In this document: positions 35,426-46,930 of the stretch, one piece after another
Numbering within the stretch: the stretch's first letter is position 1
How the letters are laid out: the number at the start of each line of letters is the position of its first letter
DNA from: an uncultured Verrucomicrobiae bacterium
Lineage (GTDB): Bacteria; Verrucomicrobiota; Verrucomicrobiia; Chthoniobacterales; UBA10450
Length of the DNA stretch: 64,000 nt
Assembly (NCBI GenBank): GCA_963726745.1
Contig: CAVSDR010000003.1
Coordinates: 384,001-448,000 of the forward strand
Reading direction: 5' to 3'
Program-made: the position numbers and the translations under genes
Notes under the pieces: model-generated
What the model saw: only the letters and a program-made list of their open reading frames with translations
Databases searched by the model: none
Told to the model about the DNA's origin: nothing

Positions 35426-35635
35426 ATGGAGCCCTATGCGACCTCTCGTGAAACGAAGATTGGCATCAACCGACCGCGGATTCAGCACCTGGCAGAAACG
35501 GGGGAAGAGCGCCGTACCCGGAGCGAGCGCCAGGCGGAAAAAGCCAGCGTTGCGGCCGAGCGGAGGGCAATCAAAAAAGGGGCCCGACAACAGTTGCACC
35601 GGGAGATGATGGATGACCTAAGGGTCACAGATTAA
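35426..35635 (+). CDS. small charged hypothetical protein (69 aa)
   Basis: Fills the intergenic gap; helical charged sequence; upstream AT-rich promoter-like stretch. Confidence 0.5.
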   Translation: MEPYATSRETKIGINRPRIQHLAETGEERRTRSERQAEKASVAAERRAIKKGARQQLHREMMDDLRVTD

Positions 35636-35686
35636 GGCGCAAAGGGAGCGACCGTTCCCGGGCCATTTTTACGCTTGTAATAAAAT

Positions 35687-36481
35687 GTGAGCCTCACCAG
35701 CATGCGCGCCGTGAACAGCAATCTGGAGCCGTGTAGTGATCTCCCGCGGGAGTTCTCGACGACGCGCTGGAGCCTGATCCTGTTGACCTCGAACGCGTCG
35801 CAAACGGACGAGAAAAAATCCCGACGGGCGCTCACGCAGCTTTGCCGGACCTACTGGCGGCCGATCTTCCTCTTCACCTGCCGGCGCGGTTTTTCCGAGG
35901 AGGATGCGCAAGACCTGACGCAGGATTTTTTCGCGAAAATCCTGGAGAAGGAATGGTTCAGCCGGGCGGATCGCAAGCGCGGCCGCTTTCGCTCGCTCCT
36001 GTTGAAGTCGCTGCAAAATTTCCTGAGCGACGCGAAGACCAAGCGGCAGGCGATGAAGCGGGGCCGCGGCTTTGAGTTCGTGTCCTGGGACGATTGGATG
36101 GCGGAGTCGCCCTCGCAGTTATCCATCCCGCCAAAGAGCGTGGAAGCGATGACGCCCGAGGTGCTCTACGACCTGCGCTGGGCGGCCACGGTGGTGGAGC
36201 AGGCACTGCGGCGCCTCGGCGAGGAATGCGAAGCCAAGGGCCGCCTGCGGCTCTTCGATACCTTGAGCGGGAGCCTCGCGGTCGAGCGGGGAGACACCTC
36301 TTATGCCCAGATGGCCAGTTCGCTCGGTGTCTCCGAGGCGGTGGTGCGCCGGCAGTTGCACAATCTGCGGCAGCGCTATCGCTGGCTCCTGCGCGACGAG
36401 GTCTCGCGCACCGTGGCCGATCCCGCGGATATCGACGACGAGATCCGGCACCTGTGCGCGGCGCTTGCGGTGGAGGGCTAG
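35687..36481 (+). CDS. ECF-type sigma-70 factor (kinase-associated)
   Basis: FSTTRWSLI, LCRTYWRP, DAQDLTQDFF, GRFRSLLL, C-terminal region-4 HTH. Confidence 0.88.
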   Translation: MSLTSMRAVNSNLEPCSDLPREFSTTRWSLILLTSNASQTDEKKSRRALTQLCRTYWRPIFLFTCRRGFSEEDAQDLTQDFFAKILEKEWFSRADRKRGRFRSLLLKSLQNFLSDAKTKRQAMKRGRGFEFVSWDDWMAESPSQLSIPPKSVEAMTPEVLYDLRWAATVVEQALRRLGEECEAKGRLRLFDTLSGSLAVERGDTSYAQMASSLGVSEAVVRRQLHNLRQRYRWLLRDEVSRTVADPADIDDEIRHLCAALAVEG

Positions 36482-36489
36482 AACCAAAG

Positions 36490-39330
36490 GTGCACACGGT
36501 CTCGGGAATCTCCGATTCGCCGGCTTCACTTCTCGGGCCGCACCCGGCCTGCCCGAAGTGCGGCGGGAAAGTCCGGCTGGGGCGCGGCGCCTGCGTGAGC
36601 TGCCTTCTGCTCGACGCCGCAGATGAGACCGGCGAGGAATCCGGGGAAGAATTTGCCAGCATTCTCGCGGAAGCGAACGTGCCCGATCGCCAGTGGCGGC
36701 TGGGCAATTACCAGATCCTGGGCGAGATCGGACGCGGCGGCATGGGCGTGATCTACCGTGCCCGGCAGCGCCATTCGCGCCGGGTGGTCGCACTCAAGCG
36801 CGTTCTCGGGTATCACGTGGATTCGCACGAGCGGCTGCAGCGTTTCCGCCGCGAGGCAGAGGCGGCCGCAAGTCTGGACCACCCGAACATCCTTCCGATC
36901 TACGAGGTGGGCGAAAGCGACGAAGGCTTCCCCTTCTTTAGTATGAAGTGGGCCAGCGGCGGGAGCCTGCGCGAAGTCGGGCCAACGCTACGCGACGATC
37001 CGAGGGCGGCCGTGCGATTGATGATCAAGGTCGCGGAGGCCGTCGACTTCGCGCACGAACGCGGGATTCTCCACCGCGATCTCCAGCCGGGAAACATCCT
37101 CCTGGATAGTCGCGGCGAGCCGATGGTGAGCGATTTCGGCCTGGCGAAGATGCTGAATGACGAGGCGAATGAACTCACGCAAACGTTCACCGCTTTTGGC
37201 ACCCCGGGCTATATCGCCCCGGAACAAGCCGAAGGCCGCGCGGCCGACCTGACCGCGGCGGCGGACATCTACAGCCTGGGGGCGATCCTCTTCGGCCTGC
37301 TCGCGGGGCGGCCGCCGTTCCAGGGGGCCAATGCGCTTTCCGTCATTCGCCAGGCGATGGAATTACCGGCGCCGCGTCTGCGCGCGCTCGTCCCGGGAAT
37401 CTGCCGCGACCTGGAAACGATCGTGGCCCGCTGTCTCGAGCGGAATCCTGCGGAACGCTACGCGACCGCGGGGGCGTTTGCGGAGGACCTCGAGCGCTGG
37501 CTCGAGGGCCGGCCGATTCTCGCCCGCCCGATGTCGCCGCCGATGCGGGCCTGGCGTTGGTCCCGGCGAAACCCGGATCTCTCGGGCACGATCGTGGCCT
37601 GCCTGGCGCTGATCGTGGCGGTCGTTTGGTTGCTGGGGCATAACGGCTCGGCCTTTGGCTCCGGCTCGCGCGAGAAAAGCATCGCCGTGCTCCCCTTCAA
37701 GAACCTGACCACGGAAAAAGAGAACGAGTATTTTGCCGCCGGGATGCACGAGGCGATCTTGACGAACGTAGCCAAGATCGCCGACCTGAAGGTGACCAGC
37801 CCAAGCAGCGTGCGCACTTTCCGGCCGGAGGAACCGCGCGACCTCGAGGCCATCGGCCGCGCCCTCGGCGTGCGCCACGTGCTCGAGGGCAGCGTGCAAC
37901 GCCATGCCAATCGCGTCCGCATCAGCGTGCACCTGGCCGACGCGAAAACCGGCACGCAAATCTGGGCGGAGGATTACGAGCGCAATCTCGCGGATGTTTT
38001 CGCGGTGCAGCACGAGATCGCGCAGGCAGTCGCCCGGCAGTTGCGCGCCCAACTCTCGCCCTCCGAGAAAGCCACCCTGCGTAATCCGCTCACGCGCGAC
38101 GCGGCCGCCTTCGATCTCTACCTGCGGGCGAAGGAAATCGGGGAGCAGGCGGGCTTATTTACCGCGGAGCGAATCGAGAAGGAAGTGCGCCTGCTGAACG
38201 AAGCGATCGCGCGCGACCCCGATTTCATGATCGCCTATTGCCTGCTCGCCCGGGTGCACGTGCTGGCCTATTGGTCGAACCAGGATCACCGGTCGGAGCG
38301 GCTGGAGGCAGCGCATCGCGCGCTCGAGGCCGCGAGCTCGCTGCAGCCGAATGCAGGCGAAGTGCACTTAAACCGTGCGATCGTGCATTACTGGGGGCAC
38401 CGAGATTACCCGCCGGCCCTGGCGGAATTGGAACAAGCCCGGCGTGCGCTCCCAAACAATGCCGAGGTCTGGATGTTCATCGGGTTGATCGAGCGTCGCC
38501 AGGGAAAATGGGTCGAGTCGACCCGCCATCTGGAGCAGGCCCGGGCGATGGATCCGCGCAACGAAGCCATCCTTTTCGAGCTCATGCGGACGAATTACTT
38601 TTCGCTCAAGCGCTACCGGGAGGCGATCGACGCCTGCGAAAGCGTGATCGCGTGGAAGCCGGAGTCGTTCGACTTCCAGTTGGCGCGGGCCAAGGTGGAC
38701 GTGGCCAGCGCAGGCGATGTGCGCCGCTGGCGGCAGGTCGTCTGGGGCAAGCCGGCGAAGAGCGCTGCACCCGATCTTCTGGTCTACGAGCGCCTGAGCC
38801 TGGCACTCGCGGAACGGGACCCGGCCACCGCTGAGGAGCTGCTCGCTTCCGACGCGTTCCCGCAATTTAACTGGGCCGGCTACGTGACCCCGCGCGGCTA
38901 TTACGAAGGCCTGGTCGCCGGGGCGCGGGGTGACACGGAGAAAGCCCGTGAAGCCTTCGAGCGTGCCCGCGCGATGCTGGTCGAGATCGTGGCCACGCGC
39001 GCCGATGACGCCAAAGCGCTGATTATGCTCGCGCAAGTGGAAGCGCAGCTGGGCGAGCGCGCGGCCGCGATTGCCGCCGCTAATCGTGCCCTGGAATTGC
39101 GGCCGCCGGAGAAGGACTCGGTCGACGGCCCGAACATCCTCGGGCTGACCGCCGCTACCTACGCGCAACTCGGCGAGGTCGACCTCGCGCTCGATCTCCT
39201 GGAGAAAGTCGCCCCGCTCCCGAACGCGGTAAACTACGGCTCGCTCAAGCTCGAGAGCGTTTGGGACTCGCTCCGCGGGAATCCGCGCTTCGAAGTGGTG
39301 ATGAACAGCCTCGCCCGCGGCCCACAGTAG
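36490..39330 (+). CDS. Ser/Thr kinase with Zn-ribbon, TM, TolB-like (SIAVLPF) and TPR domains
   Basis: CPKC...CVSC; GRGGMG, VALK, HRDLQPGN, DFG, APE; SIAVLPF; WDSLRGNPRF end; GTG start at 36490 inferred. Confidence 0.9.
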   Translation: MHTVSGISDSPASLLGPHPACPKCGGKVRLGRGACVSCLLLDAADETGEESGEEFASILAEANVPDRQWRLGNYQILGEIGRGGMGVIYRARQRHSRRVVALKRVLGYHVDSHERLQRFRREAEAAASLDHPNILPIYEVGESDEGFPFFSMKWASGGSLREVGPTLRDDPRAAVRLMIKVAEAVDFAHERGILHRDLQPGNILLDSRGEPMVSDFGLAKMLNDEANELTQTFTAFGTPGYIAPEQAEGRAADLTAAADIYSLGAILFGLLAGRPPFQGANALSVIRQAMELPAPRLRALVPGICRDLETIVARCLERNPAERYATAGAFAEDLERWLEGRPILARPMSPPMRAWRWSRRNPDLSGTIVACLALIVAVVWLLGHNGSAFGSGSREKSIAVLPFKNLTTEKENEYFAAGMHEAILTNVAKIADLKVTSPSSVRTFRPEEPRDLEAIGRALGVRHVLEGSVQRHANRVRISVHLADAKTGTQIWAEDYERNLADVFAVQHEIAQAVARQLRAQLSPSEKATLRNPLTRDAAAFDLYLRAKEIGEQAGLFTAERIEKEVRLLNEAIARDPDFMIAYCLLARVHVLAYWSNQDHRSERLEAAHRALEAASSLQPNAGEVHLNRAIVHYWGHRDYPPALAELEQARRALPNNAEVWMFIGLIERRQGKWVESTRHLEQARAMDPRNEAILFELMRTNYFSLKRYREAIDACESVIAWKPESFDFQLARAKVDVASAGDVRRWRQVVWGKPAKSAAPDLLVYERLSLALAERDPATAEELLASDAFPQFNWAGYVTPRGYYEGLVAGARGDTEKAREAFERARAMLVEIVATRADDAKALIMLAQVEAQLGERAAAIAAANRALELRPPEKDSVDGPNILGLTAATYAQLGEVDLALDLLEKVAPLPNAVNYGSLKLESVWDSLRGNPRFEVVMNSLARGPQ

Positions 39331-39341
39331 CCGGGCGGAAA

Positions 39342-39425
39342 TGGTGCTCACGAGAGGAGTCGAACCTCCACGGGTTTCCCCATACGGTCCTGAGCCGTAC
39401 GCGTCTGCCATTCCGCCACGTGAGC
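39342..39425 (-). tRNA. tRNA-Leu(CAG)
   Basis: GCTCACG...CGTGAGCACCA; anticodon arm TACGG-CTCAGGA-CCGTA; long variable arm. Confidence 0.97.
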
Positions 39426-39478
39426 GAGCGGCGGCTAACTTGCGCGCCCGCGGCCCAGGCGCAAGCGCAATACCGCGT

Positions 39479-40354
39479 TCAACCCCGGCGGCGGGCGCGT
39501 TCTTCCAGCTGCCGCGCCTGGCGCGCTTTGCCTAACGAGCGCAGGAGATCGGCGTAATTCGAGACGACAATTTGGTAGTCGCCCGGGATCGCGCCCGGCC
39601 GGCTTTCCCAGATCGCGAGCGAATCGCGATAGAGCTCGGCCGCGCGTTCGCTGTCGCCGGAGGAATGGTAAACCACCGCCAGATTGCACTTCGATTGCGC
39701 GATGTCGGGATGCTCCGGCGGGAGCGCCTGCTCGCGGATCGCCAGCGCCCGCCGATGCAGCGTCTCGGCCTCGGCCAGCCGACCTTCGTTCGTGTAATAG
39801 ACGGCCAGATTGTTCAGCACCGAGGCGACGTCGGGGTGGGCGTGGCCGAGCTGTTTCTCGTAAAGTGCGAGCGCCTGCAGGTAGCACGGCTCCGCTTCCT
39901 CCGGACGGCTCGAGCGCCGGTGGATCAAGGCGATGTTGTTCAACATCGTCCCGAGGTCGCCATGCGGCAGTTCCTCGAGCTGCATCCCGGCCTCGACCGC
40001 TTCGGTGTAGAACCGGAGCGCTTCCTCCGCCTCGCCCAGGTTGTCGGCTAAAAATCCCAGCCGCCGCGCGGAGCGGTAGAGCGCGCGTCGATCCAGCGGC
40101 TGAGCACGCGCAAGCAGCTCGTGGGCCTGGAGCAGAAAGGGCCGCGCGGCCGTGCGATCGCCGGCTTGGTCGTGGAGTTGCCCAAGCTTTTCGAGACTCA
40201 ACGCCTGCGCCGGGTGCCCTGCGGGGAAAGCGCGCGTGGCCAACTCCGCTGCGGTCTCGGCCACGCGGATCGCTTCCGCCAAGCGGCCTCCACCGCGCAA
40301 GGTGTCGAGCTTGTCGTGGAGAAGCGCCCAGAGCTTTTCGTCGCCCTTGGCCAC
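39479..40354 (-). CDS. tetratricopeptide repeat protein (kinesin-light-chain type TPRs)
   Basis: Repeats HPDVASVLNNLA..Y and HPDIAQSKCNLA. Confidence 0.88.
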   Translation of the reverse strand: MAKGDEKLWALLHDKLDTLRGGGRLAEAIRVAETAAELATRAFPAGHPAQALSLEKLGQLHDQAGDRTAARPFLLQAHELLARAQPLDRRALYRSARRLGFLADNLGEAEEALRFYTEAVEAGMQLEELPHGDLGTMLNNIALIHRRSSRPEEAEPCYLQALALYEKQLGHAHPDVASVLNNLAVYYTNEGRLAEAETLHRRALAIREQALPPEHPDIAQSKCNLAVVYHSSGDSERAAELYRDSLAIWESRPGAIPGDYQIVVSNYADLLRSLGKARQARQLEERARRRG

Positions 40355-40360
40355 AGCGAA

Positions 40361-40867
40361 TTACCAGCCTTCTGAAATCTGGCTAACGAGACGAACCGCG
40401 AGGTCTTCCGCCGCCAGGGGCAAGGCCTGCCGCTCATCCGTGGCCACATCGGCACCCACGAAAAAACTGGTGCTCCCGACGGCGACTCCCGGCCCGGCGA
40501 TGACCGCGCCCGCACGCGTCTTCATTGTCCAACCGACCGAGAGGTTGAGATTGAATTCCGTGGTCGCGAGGACGTTCCCTTTCACCGACCGGGCCGGCGC
40601 GCGCGAGACGCCGTTGATCGTCCCTTCGAGGATGGCATCCGCCTTATCGGCCGTGGTGATCTGGTAAGTGCCATCCTGCTGGATCTGCTTGATGATGCTG
40701 CTGGTAACCAGCGTGTCGACCCGCGGCAGGAAGGTGTTATTCCGCAGGTTTTGCACGGCGATCGTGTGCACCGTCTTGAGCGCGCCCGGCTTCGCGGGGC
40801 CCAGCTGGTAGCCGGCGCAACCGCTTAGGAGAAACGCGCCGGCGAGCGCGACAGACAGCGCTTTCAC
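40361..40867 (-). CDS. lptE: LPS assembly lipoprotein LptE-like
   Basis: Lipobox LSGC followed by AGYQLG; directly after bamD. Confidence 0.75.
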   Translation of the reverse strand: MKALSVALAGAFLLSGCAGYQLGPAKPGALKTVHTIAVQNLRNNTFLPRVDTLVTSSIIKQIQQDGTYQITTADKADAILEGTINGVSRAPARSVKGNVLATTEFNLNLSVGWTMKTRAGAVIAGPGVAVGSTSFFVGADVATDERQALPLAAEDLAVRLVSQISEGW

Positions 40868-42076
40868 TCAGGGCGTAGGCGTCGGCGTCGCGTCCGGCGG
40901 CGCAAGCGTCGTATCCGGCATCATCGAGGCCGGCGGCGGCAGCGATTCGTCCGCTTCCGGCGGCGGCAGCGGGGCAACGTCGTCCGGCGAGGTGCGCATC
41001 GGCGGCGCGCCGGAACCCGGGCCAAGCTTCGCCTCGGAAGGCGGCGGCTCCGGCATCTTTTTCTTCGGCGCCTTCGCCGTGGCCGCGGTGAGCTCCGGCG
41101 ATTGCAAGGCGGCGTCGCCTAATTTGGCGCGCAACTCCGCGACCCGCTTCTTCGCGCGGTCGCCTGCGGGCGAGCCAGGCTGCTGGCGAATAACGTCGTT
41201 GTAGTAAATCACTGCGGCGCGATAGTTTTTTTGCTTGTCGTAAAACTTGGCGATTTTAAAGGCGTCGCTGGTTTGCTTTTGGTCGAGCAGGCGGAGATTC
41301 TCGCGGGCTTGCGCGGTCTTTTCGCTTTTCGGGTAGCGAAAGAGGAAATCCTGGAAACCGATGCGCGCGTTCTCCGCCGCTTTGCTGTCGCGGGTGCCGT
41401 GGCGTGCTTCTTCCAGCCAAATGTAACCAATCTGATATTGCGCGTCGGCCGCGACCGGATCGTTCGGATACTTCTCGATGACCGCCTGGTAAGCGGCCAC
41501 GGCAGCATTGGCGTCGCCCTGTTTTTCCGTGGCCCGGCCGATGTTAAACTGCGCGCGCGCGGTGTAGCGCCCATACGGCGCCGAGCGCACAATTCCGGCG
41601 AAAATGCGCACTGCGCGGTCGACCGAATTGCGCACGGAAATGCCCAGGACCTTGATCTTTTTGCCGTTGAGGTATTTCTCGCCGATGCGGAACTGAGCCT
41701 CGATCGCCTCGTCGAAGTGCGGGCTCTTTGGGTAATTTTCCACCAGCACGCGGTAGGCTTCGGCGGCTTGCAAGTCGTCGCCTATTTTCTCCTGGAGCAC
41801 GGCAAAGCGGTAGGCCGAGCCGGCCGCGAGCGCATCCTTGGGATACTTCCGCACGATCGTGCGGTAGAGCTTGATCGCGCCCTTGAAGTCGCCTCCGTTT
41901 TCCGCCGCCTGCGCGCGCTCGAAGAGCTGCTGCGCGGTCGCATTTGTCTCCTCTTCGCCGGGCGCGCGGTATTTCACCTTCTCGCCCGGCCGGATAACGA
42001 TCGCGGCGGAAGCGAGCTGAGCGAGAGCGAGAGAACCTGCGAGCAGGCATGTAAAGACGATAGGGCGAGAGCGCAT
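40868..42076 (-). CDS. bamD: outer membrane assembly factor BamD-like TPR protein
   Basis: TPRs with YP.S, IAKFY....YRAAVIYY; Pro-rich tail. Confidence 0.8.
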   Translation of the reverse strand: MRSRPIVFTCLLAGSLALAQLASAAIVIRPGEKVKYRAPGEEETNATAQQLFERAQAAENGGDFKGAIKLYRTIVRKYPKDALAAGSAYRFAVLQEKIGDDLQAAEAYRVLVENYPKSPHFDEAIEAQFRIGEKYLNGKKIKVLGISVRNSVDRAVRIFAGIVRSAPYGRYTARAQFNIGRATEKQGDANAAVAAYQAVIEKYPNDPVAADAQYQIGYIWLEEARHGTRDSKAAENARIGFQDFLFRYPKSEKTAQARENLRLLDQKQTSDAFKIAKFYDKQKNYRAAVIYYNDVIRQQPGSPAGDRAKKRVAELRAKLGDAALQSPELTAATAKAPKKKMPEPPPSEAKLGPGSGAPPMRTSPDDVAPLPPPEADESLPPPASMMPDTTLAPPDATPTPTP

Positions 42077-42240
42077 TTTAAAAGACTGCGCAGGGTAGTG
42101 ACTGATGGGAAGGCAGTCAAGCTGGCCAGCCCGGCGTTTTCGCTCGCGGCAGGCGCCTGAGATGAGCAGTTTCCGGAAGCGTTCGCGCCTCGTAGACATC
42201 TCCGACAGCGAGCGATTCCGAATCAAAAACAGACAGCGCT

Positions 42241-43140
42241 TTGAATCTCCTCGACCAGCAAAAAATCCGGCTCGGCACTTGTGCCTGGAGCCACCCGGGG
42301 TGGGCTGGGCCGTTCTATCCGGCCGACCTGCCGGAGGCGCGCTGGCTGGAGTGGTATGCGCGCTACTTTCCGGCGGTGGAAGTCGACTCGACCTTCTACC
42401 AGGTGCCTTCCGAGAGCGCCATTCAACGCTGGACCGAAAGCACGCCGGCCAGTTTCCGTTTTGCCTGCAAGCTGCCGCGTGCGATCAGCCACGCCTGCCG
42501 GTTGCGCGATTGCTCACGCGAGTTCACCGACTTCATCCGCGCAGTCGAGCCTTTAGGCGACAAGCTGCATGTGGTCTTGATCCAATTGCCGACCTCCTTC
42601 GCACCGAAGGAAGGGCGCCCGGTCTTGCGCAACTTCCTGGAGCAACTTCCGCGTGACTTCCGTTTTGCGATCGAATTTCGCCATCCCGGCTGGCACAAGC
42701 CGCAGGTCGTCCGCCTGCTCGAGAAACACCGCGTCTGCTGGGTCTGGGCCGACACCAGCCCGCTGAACGAGCGCAACCTCGCGCCCTTTGAGCTTTGGCC
42801 GCGCACGGCCGATTTCCTCTACGTGCGCCTGTTAGGCGACTACTCGACAAAGTACGACGGCGACGGCAAGCACGTCCACCATTACGGCCGACTGCTCTGG
42901 AAACGCGAAGCCGCGATGGAAAGCTGGGCGATGAAGATCGAGCGGCAGATTGCGGACATGCGCAGCGTCTGGGCCTTTGTGAATAATCACTACGAAGGCT
43001 TCGCGCCCGAGACCTGCCAGCGGCTGGCGGAGCGGCTGGGCTACGAGCTGCCGCTGCCAAATTTGAGCGAAACCACCGCCTCCCCTGCGGACCTGCCGCA
43101 GCTGGAACTGTTCAGCGAAACCGGTGAGCCAACCGGCTAG
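42241..43140 (+). CDS. DUF72 (YecE-like) protein
   Basis: GTCAWS..W...FYP, VEVDSTFY, QLP, AIEFRH..W, FVNNH. Confidence 0.9.
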   Translation: MNLLDQQKIRLGTCAWSHPGWAGPFYPADLPEARWLEWYARYFPAVEVDSTFYQVPSESAIQRWTESTPASFRFACKLPRAISHACRLRDCSREFTDFIRAVEPLGDKLHVVLIQLPTSFAPKEGRPVLRNFLEQLPRDFRFAIEFRHPGWHKPQVVRLLEKHRVCWVWADTSPLNERNLAPFELWPRTADFLYVRLLGDYSTKYDGDGKHVHHYGRLLWKREAAMESWAMKIERQIADMRSVWAFVNNHYEGFAPETCQRLAERLGYELPLPNLSETTASPADLPQLELFSETGEPTG

Positions 43141-43173
43141 CGGAAGCCAGGCAGAATTTCGCCGCCTTTTGGC

Positions 43174-44499
43174 CTAACGAGTGACGAGGTGCGCCAGGAA
43201 GAGTGCCGCCAGGATCCACGTGGTGAGCGAAACCTCGCGGCGGCGTCCCGTGCCGAGCATGAGCGCGGCGTAGACCACGAAGCCGATCGCGAGCCCTTCG
43301 CTGATGCTGAAGGTCAGCGGCATGAGCACGATCGTGAGGACGGAGGCGGCCGCCTTTACGAAGTCGCTCAAGTCGAGCGCGCGGATGTTTTGCATCATGA
43401 GCAAGCCAACCACGACCAGCGCCGGCGCCGTCGCTTCCGCCGGGATGATGCGGAGGAGCGGATGGAGGAAAAGCGCGGCGAGGAAACAGCTGGCCACAAC
43501 CAGCGCGGTCAGTCCGGTGCGCCCGCCTTCCTCCGCGCCGGCGGCCGACTCGATGTAGCTCGTCACGGTCGAAGTGCCTAACGAGGAGCCGACCATGGCC
43601 GCAACCGCGTCCGCCTTGAGCGCGCGGCCGAGCCCGGGCAGTTCGCCGTCTGCTTTGAGCAAGCCGAGGCGCGAAGTGACGCCGATGAGCGTGCCCATGT
43701 TGTCGAAGAGATCGACGAAGAGAAACGCAAGGATGAGCGGGAGCGATTGCGCCGGGTGCGCCAGGAGATAGCCGAAGTCGAGCTGGAGGAACGTGGGCGC
43801 GAGCGAGGCGGGCAGCGCGACGAGGCGCTCCGGCATCTTCGTCAGGCGAAGCCCGTCCGCGCCGGGAATGAAGAGACCGATCGCAGTCAGCGCGAGAACG
43901 GAGAGAATGATCGCGCCTTTGACCCGCCGATAATGCAGCGCGGCGGCGAGCACGATCCCGCCAAGGACGAGGAGCACGCGTGCTTCGCCCAGCTTCCCGG
44001 CGGTCACGAGCGTCGCCGGATTGGCCACGATGAGGCCGCCTTTCTGCAGACCGATGAAGGCGATGAACAAGCCCACGCCGCAGGAGATCGCGATCTTCAG
44101 CTCATGCGGAATCGCCTCGATGATGCGCTGGCGCGCGCCGGTTGCGGTGAGCAGGAGAAAGCCGAGTCCGCTGCAAAAGACGAGCGCGAGCGCCGCCGGC
44201 CAGGGCACGCCCATCGCGCCGCAAATGGTGAAGGCGAAGAAGGCGTTCAAGCCCATCCCGGGCGCGAGCGCGATCGGCCAGTTGGTCAGGAGCGCGAAGA
44301 CCGCGGTCATGATCGCGGAGGCGAGCGCGGTCGCAGTCACGACCGCGCCGAAATCCATCCCGGTGGTCGCGAGGATCTGCGGATTGACCGCGAGGATGTA
44401 AGCCATCGCCGCGAAGGTCGTCAGCCCCGCGGTCACCTCGGTGCGCACCGTCGTCCCGTGCGCGCGCAGTTGAAAGAAGCGCTCGAGCCGGGCCGTCAT
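43174..44499 (-). CDS. NCS2/AzgA-family purine permease
   Basis: GLTTF..MAYIL.VNP, APGMGLNAFF, TSYIESAAG...GGRTGL. Confidence 0.93.
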   Translation of the reverse strand: MTARLERFFQLRAHGTTVRTEVTAGLTTFAAMAYILAVNPQILATTGMDFGAVVTATALASAIMTAVFALLTNWPIALAPGMGLNAFFAFTICGAMGVPWPAALALVFCSGLGFLLLTATGARQRIIEAIPHELKIAISCGVGLFIAFIGLQKGGLIVANPATLVTAGKLGEARVLLVLGGIVLAAALHYRRVKGAIILSVLALTAIGLFIPGADGLRLTKMPERLVALPASLAPTFLQLDFGYLLAHPAQSLPLILAFLFVDLFDNMGTLIGVTSRLGLLKADGELPGLGRALKADAVAAMVGSSLGTSTVTSYIESAAGAEEGGRTGLTALVVASCFLAALFLHPLLRIIPAEATAPALVVVGLLMMQNIRALDLSDFVKAAASVLTIVLMPLTFSISEGLAIGFVVYAALMLGTGRRREVSLTTWILAALFLAHLVTR

Positions 44500-44514
44500 G
44501 GTTGATCTTGCTGC

Positions 44515-45787
<1,273 letters not shown>

Positions 45788-45849
45788 GGCGCGGACTCTA
45801 GCGCATCAAAGCACGTGACAACAGGGCGCGCGATCTCGATATTTCCCTC

Positions 45850-46918
45850 GTGGAACAGCTCAACCTCCTCGGGGTTGCCCTTGGCCTCGCGGCCCTCGCC
45901 GGGATCAATCTTTACCTGACGGTTTTCGTCACCGGCCTCGCGGTCCAGCAACATTGGATCGTCCTCGCGCCGCAATATCAGTCGCTCGAGATCCTGGCCA
46001 ACCCGGTGATCATCGCGGTCGCCGGCGTCTGCTATTTCCTGGAGTTTTTTGCCGACAAGATCCCGTGGATCGATACCGCCTGGGACGCGGTGCACACGGT
46101 CATCCGGCCGATCGGTGGCGCGCTCCTCGCGATCCAAGTGCTGGGGCATTCCAGCCCCACGTTCGATCTTCTCGTCTTGCTGCTTGCCGGGGGCACCAGC
46201 CTGGCGACGCACACCGCGAAAGCCTCCTCGCGATTGTTGGTGAATGCTTCGCCGGAACCGTTCTCGAACATCGGCGTGAGCTTGCTGGAAGACGCCGCGG
46301 TCTTCGGCGGGCTGGCCTTGATCCATCTCAATCCCCTCGCGGCCCTGGCGATTTTTGTGCTCGCGATGGCGACGTTCCTTTACTTCGCGCCCAAAATTCT
46401 CCGGGCGATGAAGGTGCGGCTTTGGCTGATTTTCAAGAAGCTCAATGGACCCGCGGGATCCGATGGTCCGCGCGCTTTGCCGACTGCGCTCCCCTCGAAT
46501 CTCGCGAGCGGTTTTCGCGCGTGATAACATCCTTGGCGAAACCATCGCCTGGGCTGTCCCATGCATCAGCGGCCGCGGCCGGCGGATCGCGCCCAATCTC
46601 TTCGGCGCGCTCGTGGCTACGCACGAAGAGCCGCGCAAAATGACTTTCGTGACCGCGAAAGGCCGCGGCTTTGCGCAGGCGATCGATCTCGATGGCTCCA
46701 CGGTCACGCGCGAGCCGAAATTTCTTTCCGAGAACCTGGTCGTCTTCCCCGCTGCCGGGAAGGGCCCGAAGTATCTCTTCGTTTTTCCGCGCTCCAGCGG
46801 CGTGCTCGTGGAGGAGATCGTGCAGTCAATCCAGGCGCGCGCCAGCGAACCGGCACCTGTCGTTAGGCCAGACCTGGACGCAGCGGCCTACCGCGGGGAA
46901 GAGACGCTTACGACCTAG
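45850..46918 (+). CDS. DUF4126 membrane protein with C-terminal soluble domain; frameshift near 46520
   Basis: AGINLY, EFFADKIPWID..WD..HT.IRP, SPEPFSN..SL.ED; continues in ORF 46445-46918. Confidence 0.82.
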
Positions 46919-46930
46919 CCGGGCCTGGCC

